NCBI RefSeq assembly: GCF_947568905.1
Contig: NC_079166.1
Coordinates: 55,552,001 to 55,616,000, forward strand
Source: Ostrea edulis
Taxonomy: Eukaryota
DNA: 64,000 nt
Direction of reading: 5' to 3'
Shown: positions 11,065 to 24,186 of the stretch, piece after piece
Layout: each line of letters begins with the position of its first letter
How positions within the stretch are numbered: position 1 is the first letter of the stretch
Made by a program: the position numbers and the translations under genes
The notes under the pieces: generated by a model
The model's input: only the letters and a program-made list of their open reading frames with translations
What the model was told of the DNA's origin: nothing
Database searches by the model: none

Positions 11065-12827
11065 CCGATATTATATTTATATGCAGCTGATTTAGTAAGT
11101 GATACAACTTGATTCATAAATAGCCTGGACATTTTTTCTAGATTCCCCTCCTGTGTTTTTAATATAGATGTCATGATGAATAAGTAAATTATCTATCTAT
11201 AGTAACATGTGTACATTCACAGACATTATGTTGACAGACAGTTTAAAAATAAACCAAACACCCGGTCCATCGGGCCTATATGCCACTTTAAACACAAATA
11301 CAGTACGAGTAACGATTCCAGTGCCGGTAGATAGGGATTTTAGAGGTTTATTCTAGAGGTTTATTTTACATGATAGAAAGAGTCCCACCCCAAACAATTG
11401 ATACATATTTTAATACAGGCCCCAAGACCAAAAACTGATAATCAAAACTTCTTATATCTGAAGATCTGTACAGTGCAGATAGTTTTAAAAATGCTGGTTT
11501 ATGAAAGAATCAAATACAAACATATACTGAAAATGTTATTTATTTGTGAAAAATATTTCAAAAGTTAGTTGGATTTCAAATTTAGACTTAGTCTATTCTC
11601 AGTTGATGGTCTTGAGGCCATGTGTTTGAAATGTTCTGGTTTTTTTTAATATAAGCATACAAGCTTACAATACTTTTTAGATAAACTAGTAAGACCAAGT
11701 GACGTTTTGTGAAAATAACCTAGAGCTAATTTTGGAAAATCATAATTGTCTTTCGTGAAAAAATACAACCTTTGTTTTAAATGGATTGAACTTCAGTACA
11801 TGTAGTCATTTGTAGATTTGTTTTCTGTTTTAACTTTTAAGTCTTAGTTTAACGTATACCCAGTTTCCATTAAATTACCCAAAACATTCTCCGACATTTT
11901 CCAACAATATCATCAGGAGAGATAGCAGAAGTGAACGTTCAGATAAAGCTACATGTATATTGGGGCTTGATACTAACAATATTAAATCTGGTTTATTCAT
12001 CGCCTTTTGAAATATATTATTTGAATATCGCTTGTAAATCATTACAAACGATCAGTGGATGTACCGTATGTTTGTAATGTAAAAAGGAAATCATCTTATC
12101 ATACTTTATTAAAAGCTTTAGAACAATCTCAGAAATCTAATAAAACATCATGGTTCAACGTCATCGGTATTTTTAGTCATGCTTTATATATGTTTGTAGT
12201 AATTGATAAACCGGGCAAAAGTAGGATTGAGGTGAATAAAAATGAATTGTTGCTACATGTGTATTAAAATAATCTTGAACATGTTGAAAAAAAAAATCAA
12301 ACAGAAACAAAACAATTTTCTACCTGATTCAAGTAACACAACTTGATAATGACGCATGTATATAATTGGTAATTAATGACCGTTTCTCTTTTAAACAAGG
12401 AATTTTAAACATGAGTTTTTTCCCAACAAGTAGATACCGGTAACATATTTTCTATACATGACTTATTAAATGTGACGTATTAAGTATTTTATTGGTTTAG
12501 AGACAACTTAAAACTGAGATCAATGGAGGACATTTGTCTTTGTTTACAGGAAGAATAAAAATGATATCCACTACATCTTGTTCGTCGATAATGATATTAG
12601 AAAAGAAGTAGCTAATTAAGAAATACATGTCTGCTAATAGTTCATCTGAATTGCCAATACCGGAAATAGATTCGTCAGTCTGGTGAAGGATTTTCCTAAA
12701 ATTGGACCAATCAGAATCTTTCTTTAATTAATCTTTAATTAGTTTTGAATGTTTTATTATGTAAACGATGTCTCATTCTAATAATCGTTTTCCGCAATAA
12801 GGACTTGATTTATCGCTAACACCCTCA

Positions 12828-12832
<5 letters not shown>

Positions 12833-12882
<50 letters not shown>
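12833..12882. repeat. (CT)n-(GT)n compound microsatellite
   Basis: ctct run followed by gtgt. Confidence 0.95.
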
Positions 12883-13166
12883 TGTCAATTAATTGATTAG
12901 ATAAGCATGTAAATTCAAAATAAGACCAATGTCGATCAATGAACTTTAATATTTGTGAAAATTATGGATTTAAAAATCACATAGAAATTGGCCAAGGATA
13001 TTTCTTAAGATATAAACAAATTAGATTTGTCCAGGTTGTATAATAATATTGATACACAGGTTACATGTATCTGAGCACGAGTCGTCCTATATTTGATGAG
13101 GCTATGAACTGCCTCACTTCACGTTGGGAAGCTCATTATATGTCGTGCTTTATGAAAAGTACATGT

Positions 13167-13734
13167 ATGCCGGTGTAACGTTTTGAAATAGTGATCCCGT
13201 TAAAAACGATCCCATGGGTCATTTTTCAATGTTAAAAGTTGACCCCGATAAAAATTTAACGTTGAAAAACCGGTCGTTGAGAAGTGATTAACGTTTTGAT
13301 CAGTAATGAGGTCATTTTAACGGCTACTTAAATATTACATACAAAATGTAAAGAAACATTTTGCATATTTGGAGTCTTTTTAAAAAAATGTTTTTAAGTA
13401 TGACTCCCAGATATAACCAATATACGGACTGTATAGCAAACGTTTTGTACATATATATTTCCAATGTTGAAATATAACCCCATCACCTGACTGAGATGTG
13501 GATTGCAAAGAAACACTGTGTATATTTGGGGGTAATGTTTCAATGTTGAAATTTGGCCCCACAAGAAATTATTTCTAAGGGTCATTTTTTAACAAGGGTC
13601 AAAACACGCTTGGGAGGGTAGTTAATTAATAATCTGGGTCAATTTTCAACGTTGAAAATTGATCAAACATCCATTGAAAAATGACCCCCGGCGTTGATTT
13701 TCAACGGGGTAACTAATTAATGTTACATCGGCGT
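13167..13734. mobile_element. MITE-like non-autonomous DNA transposon
   Basis: Imperfect terminal inverted repeats atgccggtgtaacgtt / aatgttacatcggcgt; internal gggtca(a/t)ttttcaacgttgaaaa motifs in both orientations; no clear TSD. Confidence 0.65.
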
Positions 13735-14095
13735 GAAGTGTTGCAGTTCATACTCTCATGTATTTTCAAAATTAAAGTTTATTTCTTATATCTACATTTA
13801 TTTTCATTTCCGTCGGAATTCCTAGCCGTCAAAATAGACTTACTATATCTATTAAGATTCATAAGGAAATGGCAATTTGTAATGACACCAAAGGCAAAAA
13901 CATTGGAATTGCATATAGAAACCAATACATGTTTGATTTGAATTAAATTTTTAGGTAAAAGTATTGATTTCAAAATAGGTTTTTGAGTTATCTTTCTTTT
14001 GTAGCAACAGGTTATTCTTATTAGCTATTTAAACAGAGAAAAGTTGGCAGCTACTTGAAACTGGAAGTTGTAAAAGCCAACTGCTACAAGGAATA

Positions 14096-14126
14096 TGATT
14101 GATCTATTGTATCTTGTTTAACGTCT

Positions 14127-14161
<35 letters not shown>

Positions 14162-14412
14162 ATATCGGTGAAGGACTTCAAATTTAGGCCTATCTCGGCG
14201 CTTACGGCCATTGAGCAGCGAGAGAACTTTATCGTGTCACACCTACTTTAAACGGGTCATCCGTTTTTTAGGTCATCTCCGAGGACCCGTGACATTCACG
14301 CCAAGCGTTTAGCGATGGAACTGTCACTACCTGTTTTAACGACTTAGGTCTGTAGCGGCCGGTATTCGAACCCCGACCTTCCACATGCGGGGCGAACGTT
14401 TTACCGCGGAGG
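14096..14412 (-). mobile_element. tRNA-derived SINE
   Basis: Minus strand has a B-box (GGTTCGAATACC), a central body and an (ATCA)n-like tail; 3' half matches 45170-45331. Confidence 0.8.
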
Positions 14413-15343
14413 TGCTATATACATTCAAGGCTTTAACTACCGATAGCTAGCTACAAAAAGAATATGTTACTGGGTTTGAATATCATAATCGATCAGGTTT
14501 ATTTCGATGGCGAGGAGTTATTTTATATCAGAATATGCTCTAAAATTCCAAACATCATGCTTGATTTTGCCAGGTACTTAACCTTTGCAATACAAAATAT
14601 GAACATAATTTCAAGCTGAGTGCCGTACTTTGAGTAGATGGGTATTTACTATTTATAGAGAAATTTATGTTAAAATCAGGAAGACTAGTGAATCTTAATT
14701 CTGAAAATGAGCTTATGCACGTACGTGATTATAGAGAAAACCTTAAAAAACTTGCGCATATACTTATTATGGTTTCAAGAAAGAAATTTGTGTTTACATT
14801 AACGAAATATTTAATTCAGGGTTATACACACAAAGAGGAGTGATTTTAATATCTCAATATGCCATCACTTTTCAGATATCATGCCCAATTCCCAGTTTTG
14901 ATGAAATAAACTTTTAACTTTAAAATGTCCTTTAAAAATTTCAAGTAGCTGAGTGTTTACATTGGCGGAAAAAAAATTCAGAGGAGTGATTTTAATATCT
15001 CAATATTCTATCAATCTTCAGATATCAATTCATTTTCAGATCCTAGAATCACACTTCAGAAAATCAGCTACTTATACATTTAGATGGAATGTATCCTTAC
15101 ATTTCAACTTTTCCTGACACTCTTTGGATGAAATATATGATCTCTTCGGGGGTATACACCTGACAATGAGGGACATAAAGAGGTCAGATATTTATACATT
15201 TTGATGAAAAAAAAGTTTTTTATGAAGGAGCTGCGAGTTTATATTAAATGTATGAACAATGCAGTGCTATACACATATCAGGGAGTGATATTAGGTATCT
15301 TTGTACAGTTGTATGCAATCAATTTTCAGATATCACGTACGCA

Positions 15344-15655
15344 TAAGGGAATCAGCAACTTATACATTTTGATGCAGGGTACTCTGAACGTTTTACGTAA
15401 AATCATTAAGGAGCTGCGTGTTCGTTTTAGATACAAGATTATTTCAGAACTGTAGGCCTAACTTAATCATGTATCTTATACAAACACACAGGTGCCATGT
15501 GAATCGGCCTAACTTAATCATGTATCTTATACAAACACACAGGTGCCATGTGAATCGGCCTAACTTAATCATAAAGTTTATACAAACTCGCAGCTCCCTA
15601 AAGTTTTTACGAAAAACTTGAAATTCAAGGGTAAGTACATGTAGCTGATTCCTTA
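15344..15655. repeat. Foldback element: ~100-bp imperfect inverted arms around a 51-bp tandem repeat
   Basis: taagggaatcagc...aaggagctgcg vs cgcagctccct...gctgattcctta; central unit starts at 15455, 15506, 15557. Confidence 0.55.
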
Positions 15656-15686
15656 AGCTTTGGCATCTACAAAGGTCTGGACCTAC

Positions 15687-16562
15687 TCTGGACATTCCAG
15701 AGGTGGGATCAGGTACTTAAGAGGAGTAAACATCCCCTGTCGACCGGTCACACCCGTCATGAGCCCTATACCTTGCTAAGATAAACAGAATAATCTGTAG
15801 TCAAAATCAAGGTGTGAAATACTACTTAACAATCGGCATGAAACACGTCAGACAGCATTTCATTCAACGACAGGTTGCATTGGCAAAGTAGATCGTTATA
15901 AAAACCATAGAATGTGTGAAATGCTGACTTTAAGCAAAACTGTTCAGACCCCTGTAACATCAACTTGTTTGTCATTGGCCTGTCTCGATTTAAAAACTGA
16001 TCATACGCAGAACAAGCTCTTACGTATCGAATCAGTTGAGAGACATAAACACCATATGCAGGTGACAATGGAATATGGCTACATAGATATGGGAAATTAA
16101 CGATGGAGAAGCTGAAGTTATCGCATTTGTCATAAAGTTGAGTTGTTAGTTTGCCGTTTAACATCTGTGATCAATAAAATATCTAAGTACGAAGCAGATG
16201 TGGAAGAATCTGTGGTGTCTTTTATTTCGAGTTCACTGGGATATATAGAATCGATATATGAATGAAAATGTTTATTATTAATAGATAAATATCGAGTTGA
16301 AGGCGACAGCAAGAGATTTTTTTCTTTTCATTTAGAAGCTTTCGAATAAATTCTGCCTCATAAGAATATAGAAAGACGCCAGCCAACAAAGGAGCACAAT
16401 TCATGCCAATGGGAATTCCAACAGACTATTGGAAGACCAGATAACCAAAGACTACAAAGATATTGTCAACGAGTGACTTCAGCATCTTTTTGCCATCAAC
16501 TTCAGAGTAGAATCAGAGTGGTGTTTAACAAAGTAATTTTATGAATGGCTGATCACTAGGTA
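15687..16562 (-). mobile_element. Penelope-like (Naiad-type) RT fragment, decayed
   Basis: Minus strand reads VFQ*SVGIPIGMNCAPLLAGVFLYSYEAEF, SASYLDIL, NGKLTTQLYDK.DNFSFSIVNFPYLCSHIPLSPAYGVYVSQLIRY, then the 3' motif. Confidence 0.85.
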
Positions 16563-17544
16563 TGAATGAAAAGGTGAAAATGCTGAGATAGCAAACAGTA
16601 ATATTTCCTTTTTAAAAATTGTTGATGAAAACGCTTAAGATTTTCAAGAAAACTTGGAATTTATAGACAATTTTGCATCTATTTGACATTTTCAAAATAG
16701 AGATTTGAAAGTTAATAGCCACGCTATCTGGAAAATTATGATTTTGAGATGATAAATCGCTCCTTTTCCTATATATAACCCTGAATTAATTATATCGTTA
16801 ATATTGATGATGGGGGCGTTAACAAACAAGCTTATATTTGTATATCTCTGTCTCATGTATTCCTTTTCTACAAATATTGTCTGGCATGTTAACATGGCCT
16901 TTTAACGCCCCCTTTTCTGACCTTTTCGAAGTTGTACATATGTTTGAGTCTATTTTTTATATGCCAAATATACCATAATTTTTCACTAGTCATAATAATG
17001 TCAGATGACACATTTTTTGTTCTCAGATGCTAATTTTGAGATGTGGCAATTTGTCATTATACATTGTCTGTACATTTTACTTGTATGTAACTTTTACTTA
17101 TATTTGAATCCTAGTTTGTGTTCCATTTACTGTCATTTATTGTATATGTAATAAATGACCTATTTTATTCTTTAAAGGGTGTGATGTTTTTATTTAGTAC
17201 AAGCAGACAGGTATTTATAAATATCAACGGAAATCGGTTTTTTTCTTCTTGAAAAGGACAAGTAGATGCACACTGATAAGATAATGATTCTCCCCATGAC
17301 AATTAACTTATAAGCTCATTTTCAGATTTACAATTCACTTTCCTTATCATGAAATGAATATTTCTATATATAGTGTAAATACCCATGCACTTAAGTTTTA
17401 CAGTCATCAGCTGGAGATTTTATTCGTATTTTGCACTGCAATTGCTAAGTAGGAGGCCTGAAGGTTATAAAACTTTTGTTGTACTCATACTCAAACTCAG
17501 TCATGTTTGTTTTGAGTACAAACCTGAGCAAGCTTCGAAACATG

Positions 17545-17608
17545 GACGTCTCCATATAAGTGAAAAATTCTCGAGAGGGACGTTAAACAAGATACAGTCA
17601 ATCAATCG
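17545..17608 (+). mobile_element. SINE 3' tail fragment
   Basis: gacgtctccatataagtgaaaaattctcgagagggacgttaaacaa...tcaatcaatc matches the 45066 family tail. Confidence 0.75.
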
Positions 17609-17740
17609 AAACAATGTCGAACATTCTTGAGCATGTACTCCATTTGAGTGTGAGAATGATTTTATAAAAGTTTTATAACCTCCAATTTTGTGTATGAGTA
17701 CGATTTAAAGCACAGAGTTTGAGTATGAAAACGTGCTCAA

Positions 17741-17935
17741 AAAGTTTTCTAACCTCCTGGCCTGGTAAAATACAGCATGATCCTTGGAGTGTCGAAATAT
17801 TATTAAAAGTTTTATAACTTCGTGGCCTGGTAAAATACAGCATGATCCTTGGAGTGTCGAAATATTATTAAAAGTTTTATAACCTCGTGGCCTGGTAAAA
17901 TACAGCATGATCCTTGGAGTGTCGAAATATTATTT
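17741..17935. repeat. 65-bp tandem repeat, ~3 copies
   Basis: cctggtaaaatacagcatgatcc at 17761, 17826, 17891. Confidence 0.9.
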
Positions 17936-18248
17936 CTTTGAGTTACGTCCCGTCGATAGTATGACGAAATTTGGTATGAAAATGATTCCTCGTAATTTAA
18001 ATAAACCTTGTCAATGATGATATTAAAACAGTAACCCTTTTCGTGTAGTTAGCTAGCCCGGATTTCTGGGTAACGCCTGATGATGATGATGATGATGATG
18101 ATATTATAAACATGTCCAAACAATAATCACTCATTTTATCTTTTGTCCGGAAACTTTATTCTAGAACTACATGCGAAAACATATCCAGTCAAACATTCAT
18201 TATCCGTAAATATGGTCTGATATACACGTTATATAGCCATTATTATTT

Positions 18249-19722
18249 TTAAGTAGCTGTTTACTAGTAGCTAACTTTTCTCTGTTTAAGTAGCTTTTTA
18301 CTAGTAGGTAACTTTTCTCTGTTTAAGTAGCTGTTTACTAGTAGCTAACATTTTTTCTGTTTAAGTAGCCAGTTACTAGTAGCTAACTTTTCTCTGTTTA
18401 AGTAGCTGTTTACTAGTAGCTAACTTTTCTCTGTTTAAGTAGTTGTTTACTAGTAGCTAACTTTTCTCTGTTTAAGTAGCTGTTTACTAGTAGCTATCTT
18501 TTCTCTGTTTAAGTACCAGTTTACTAGTAGGTAACTTTTCTCTGTTTAATTAGCTGTTTACTAGTAGCTAACTTTTCTCTTTTTAAGTAGTTGTTTACTA
18601 GTAGCTAACTTTTCTCTGTTTAAGTAGCCGTTTACTAGTAGATAACTTTTCTCTGTTTAAGTAGTTGTTTACTAGTAGCTAACTTTTCTCTGTTTAAGTA
18701 GCTGTTTACTAGTAGCTAACTTTTCTTTTTTTAAGTAGCTGTTTACTAGTAGCTAACTTTTCTCTGTTTAAGTAGCTGTTTACTAGTAGCTAACTTTTCT
18801 CTGTTTAAGTAGTTGTTTACTAGTAGCTAACTTTTCTCTGTTTAAGTAGCTGTTTACTAGTAGCTAACTTTTCTCTGTTTAAGTAGCTGTTTACTAGTAT
18901 CTAACTTTTCTCTGTTTAAGTAGCTGTTTACTAGTAGCTAACTTTTCTCTGTTTAAGCAGCCGTTTACTAGTAGCTAACTTTTCTCTGTTTAAGTAGTTG
19001 TTTACTAGTAGCTAACTTTCTCTGTTTAAGTAGCCAGATACTTGTAGCTAACTTTTTTCTGTTTAAGTAGCTAGTTACTAGTAGCTAACTTTTCTCTGTT
19101 TAAGTAGCCAGTTACTTGTAGCTAACTTTTCTCTGTTTAAGTAGCTGTTTACTAGTAGCTAACTTTTCTCTGTTTAAGTAGCCAGTTACTAGTAGCTAAC
19201 TTTTCTCTGTTTAAGTAGCTGTTTACTAGTAGGTAACTTTTCTCTGTTTAAGTAGCTATTTACTAGTAGCTAACTTTTCTCTGTTTAAGTAGCTGTTTAC
19301 TAGTAGCTAACTTTTCTCTGTTTAAGTAGCTGTTTACTAGTAGCTAACTTTTCTCTGTTTAATTAGCTGTTTACTAGTAGCTAACTTTTCTCTGTTTAAG
19401 TAGCTGTTTACTAGTAGCTAACTTTTCTCTGTTTAAGTAGCTGTTTACTAGTAGCTAACTTTTCTCTGTTTAATTAGCTATTTACTAGTAGCTAACTTTT
19501 CTCTGTTTAAGTAGCTGTTTACTAGTAGCTAACTTTTCTCTGTTTAAGTAGTTGTTTACTAGTAGCTAACTTTCTCTGTTTAAGTAGCCATATACTTGTA
19601 GCTAACTTTTTTCTGTTTAAGTAGCTAGTTACTAGTAGCTAACTTTTCTCTGTTTAAGTAGCCAGTTACTTGTAGCTAACTTTTCTCTGTTTAAGTAGCT
19701 GATTAGAATTAGCTAACTTTAC
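18249..19722. repeat. 37-bp satellite array, ~39-40 copies
   Basis: Unit aagtagctgtttactagtagctaacttttctctgttt; ctagtag at 18301 and 18338. Confidence 0.97.
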
Positions 19723-19854
19723 TGATCTGATCTTTTGATGATGACATTCAAATTTTTGCTGATCATTAGTAATACCTTAGTTAAGCATTCTAAACATTAA
19801 AAATAAAATTTGAAAATTTTCGTCTCAAATTGTGTCCATATCTCTTCAATAAAT

Positions 19855-20345
19855 TGTCTACTCAATATCCCGAGAACCCTTTGCTTGACAACATGAATCT
19901 TGGTACACTAGTACAGTGTAAGGATTGGATGACTTCTATTGATTTTAGGGTGACAATGTCAAAGATCAAACTTCTTTGGACATAAACAATATTGTTCACT
20001 CAATATCTTGTAAACGCTTTGATTGATAAACATCAAAGTTGGTACACTGGTTTACACTAAAAATATATGATTTCGATTAATTTAGAGTTCACAAAGACAC
20101 ACGTCAAAATTAATGTGCTCTGGACAGAAGCAGATACTTTCCCACTCAATATCTTGGGAATTCTTTGCTTGGCAGACATCAAACTTGATACAATGATGCA
20201 TACTATGGTGATAATGACCTCTATTGATTTTGAGGTGACAAGGTCAAAGGCCAAATTACTAGTACACTAAACATAAGAATATTGCCCGCTCAATATCCCG
20301 TGAACCCTTGTTGTGACAGCCTCATATTTGATACCCTGGTATCCC
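19855..20345 (+). mobile_element. Internal tandem-repeat relic of a Helentron-type non-autonomous element
   Basis: Recurring cactcaatatcttg...tttgcttg...aacttggtacac...ctattgattttgaggtgacaaggtcaaag units; termini not seen. Confidence 0.5.
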
Positions 20346-21426
20346 CAATTTTTACTATCATTATAGAAATTTAATGTTACCCTTTTCAGTATTACCTCAC
20401 GGGGACATATAGTGTCTAAATAATTTCTATTTTTCTTATTTCATTTTTCAATACAGAGTTAATGTGAATATTTGCTCTTTATATCGGGATATACCTAAGG
20501 ACGCTAGGGTATCACTTCCTTTCTAGTAGTAACAAATATGCTGTTTTTAGTGTTCTAATGATCAAGTTTGCTGATGATGGTGTTTACATTTTTGTAATTT
20601 CTTCCTGCTAATATTGAATCTACTCAAATCTTTCTCATCAAAATTTGTTCGTCTTCTGTCGTCCTTACTTTTACAGTCTATCAAATCAAACGCTATCATA
20701 TAGTGTACAAGTTTGTTCACACCAAGCACCCCTACTGACAGGGCGGTGTCACATTAGTGAATGAGGTTTTATATTTGATTAATCAAGAAAATTCATTTTA
20801 AAATGCCAAATTAACAAGTTTTGGGCTAGTAGACTTAGTTTTCTTTCCTTCATGACCCCATACCTAGAACGGGACAATAGTTTTGTACTATTAGATTCGC
20901 AAACGTACGGATCTTTATTTATGCATGGGACACTGACTAAAGAGTATCAAGGATCTCTTATAACCTATTTGTGTCATTTCCGTCCACGTTCTTCTCAATT
21001 AATATGTTGGGAAATACAATTAATTATCTGTACATTTATCTCATTACTGATAAATCATTTATGTCGGTATGTGATAAATATTGGTTTTTGTTTTAGACAA
21101 ATTCATGGATTAAATTCATTATTGAGCATGCGTAACTTGTACATTTACTGTAACATTTCTTTACATGCACCTTACATAAATATGCTTTCTATCCCTGTCA
21201 TCAGTGGCGTCTTGTAAAGTTGTGTATGTACGCTTAACTCATCAAGTACTTCCTTTAACATACCAGCTGAGCATTCTGCAAACGATGGTTATATCATAGA
21301 TACCAAGCTATTGACACATCGGGAGAAACAGGATTACCTCCTCCTTTTCCTGTGGAGGTTCAGAAACAGCCGAGAACCCCGTGATAATTACAATTGAAGA
21401 CCAAATATCACACACTACAAGTATAC

Positions 21427-22310
21427 AGATAACCAACAGTGATCAATCTCATCAATCATATAAAGAATACAAAATTAAGAGAGGGACAAACAAAAACCCC
21501 TCGTCATACCAGAGATGGGATTGGTGGGCAATCACTGGTGACCGTCCATACCCGCCGTGAGTCCTATATCTTGATCAGGTAAACGAACTGAGAATTGGTA
21601 TGAAACATGTCAGACAGCATTCGATCCAACTATATCTTGTATTTGCAAATTATACTATCATAACGAGCATAGATTTTGCGAAAATTTGACTTTAAACGAG
21701 ACTGTGGAAACTTCTTAACATCAACTTATTTGTCAGAAATCTTGGTTTCAAAATTAATCATACGCAGAACATGCTCTCTTGTATCGAATCAGTTGGGAGA
21801 CGTAAACACCATATACAGATGGTAATGTAATGTTTGATACAGATATGGGAATTTGACGATGCTGAAGTCATCTCGTTTATCCTAAAGTTGTATTTTTAGT
21901 TTGCCATTGATATCAAAATATGGACCAGATGGGAAACCCTATAAGGTGTCTTATATTTCGAGTTCACTGGGATATATCGAATCGATATATGAATGAGAAC
22001 AAGTATTGTTAATAAATAAATGTCGTTGATATATATAAATGCCGAATTGAAGGTCAGAGCAATGTTTTTTTTTTTACTCATATAGAAGCTTTAGAATAAA
22101 TTCTGCCTTACACGAATGCAAAAACAGATAAGCTAACAATGGAGCGCAATGTGTGCCCATGGGAATTCTAATAGACTGTTGGAAGACTTGAAATAGTGTC
22201 AATGAGGAACTCCAGCATCTTTTTTTTTTTTATATCAACTTCAGAGTATTCGTGCATAGAATCAGAGTGATTCGTAACAAAGTAATGTTTAGGATCACTG
22301 AGTACAAGAT
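21427..22310 (-). mobile_element. Penelope-like (Naiad-type) RT fragment, decayed
   Basis: Minus strand gives GIPMGT.CAP (gggaattcccatgggcacac), IALTFNSAFIYIND (decayed YIDD motif), then thumb region and 3' motif. Confidence 0.82.
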
Positions 22311-23989
22311 ATAATATTTTCATGTTCCATTTTTATTGAAGAAACATATGTACCTCAGCATCATCTGTACAAGTGTATCTGTAACGTCATGCTGACATTT
22401 AAAAAATAAATTTCCTTTTTGAAAATACATAAGGGTATATGAACTGCGATGCTTCACGCCAGTGTGTTTTGATTTTGGTTCAGGGTAGTTTCGCTTTCCG
22501 CTCAACACGCTGAAAAATGTTGGTTCCGGGTTACACGTACAATTTGAATTCCAGCCAATGTAAGTATGGTTTCGACCATAATGTTGATTCTCGACTCACA
22601 TTTATCCTTTAAAACATTTGTTATGTTTTGTTTTCTCTTTCACAAGGTTATACAATGATTAAAGACCAATATCATTAGAGATTTCTACATCTATTTAAAA
22701 TTGTATTGTTCCATATATGACTCTGACGATTTTTCTTGCATGTATTATATTTATTGTACCCTATGTACCGTCTAACATGGTTTGAGCGAAGAAATTGCAT
22801 TGAATTGCGTTTTCAAAAGACAAAAAAAAAAAAAAAATTTCTACAGGTTGAATACGCATTCATGCGAGTGAAAACCACGTGAGTTAAAGTAAAAGTCAAC
22901 TGCAATTTTTATCAGTAAACGTTTCACATGTTACCCAAGTATGGGAAAGAAAAAGATACATAGTTGTTGTTTAACAATAGAATTCTTTTTCGCAAAACTC
23001 TTGAAGCTAGATTCTTAGAGCCGAGTATAATTTCTATACACCATACCATATTTAGACGAAACTAATGGAATATGTCATCAAATCACCAAGGTGCTAGAGA
23101 GCTTTAGAATGATGTATGTACAGTAATGATAGACACCTGAGATAGTGGTACAACCATGGCATACAGAGAAGAAATATATTTATTTATTACAAGGTTCAAC
23201 CTCCTCATCATTTTCTAAACATGAATTAAAATCATATGAATGATTTGCATCACGACTTGAGACATTTAATCCGCCCATTCACATAAAAGGGAAAAATAAC
23301 GCAGTCGATGTAAACAGTGCATTGTGACGTCATATTAGCTGCCATGTTTTTCCTTCTTTCAAACTGAGGAATTATCAGCAACGACAAAACGTACAAAAGT
23401 ATGAGAAAGCTTGTCTGGAATTTAAAAGCAATCGCACTTGTGTGTGTGATTAGATTCTTCCCCATCCTTGGTTTTTATAGGTCTACCCTCCTGCCTTATG
23501 GAAGACCTACAGGTAATTGATCACTGGAAGGAAATCCCAAACATACCAGAAAAAAGTGACATGTTTGTCCAAAGTCATGCAGACACGAGTCGTCACTTTC
23601 AAAAGCCACATCACACGAAACAAGAAACGAAATACACGAATGCAACACATGTGGAAAGAAATTCAAAAGGCAATTATAGTGTATATCTGTAGAAACACGA
23701 AGAAAGACGACACGAAAATACTAAGCCTCAAGTCTGTATTATTTCCATCACGTCTGTCTTCAACAATCACATGAGAAATATCCACCAGGCTAAGAAGTAT
23801 ACATACCCCCTGCTTGAAGACAGTTTTTCCATTTAGGAGACATGTGTGTATAAGATTACATGACAAGACAACCAATATATGTCTAACTGCAAAATAATCT
23901 TCATATACGCTCTTGCCATCACCAACTGACCCCATACCCTGCAAAAATGAATACATGTGATGTATATATAAATCGTTATCCAAGTTGTA

Positions 23990-24186
23990 TGTTGGAGACT
24001 TGTCATTTGTGTGCGAAGGACAAATTTGTCACCTCTAGTGAACTTCTTTATTTACTATTTTTTCATCTAAGCGGTAATAAAACGTTTTGGTGCTTCTTTT
24101 GCACATGCATGGCTCTTGCTGTAAAATTCTTCAAAATGTATAATGACGCATAAGGGTGAGTGTCAAAAGATAATATAGATATTACA
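23990..24186 (-). repeat. 3' LTR (~197 bp) of the Gypsy remnant
   Basis: TG...CA ends, directly after the PPT, internal AATAAA. Confidence 0.7.

Noticed and set aside
18249-19722. CRISPR-like 37-bp periodicity (also the 26-bp and 41-bp arrays)
   Set aside because: Units are head-to-tail with no unique spacers, there are no cas genes, and the context is eukaryotic.
20852-21217. 121-aa ORF
   Set aside because: No recognisable domain or convincing splice context; consistent with a chance ORF in AT-rich DNA.
22440-22570. Possible promoter (CpG-richer patch with CCAAT)
   Set aside because: No linked exon or start codon could be supported.
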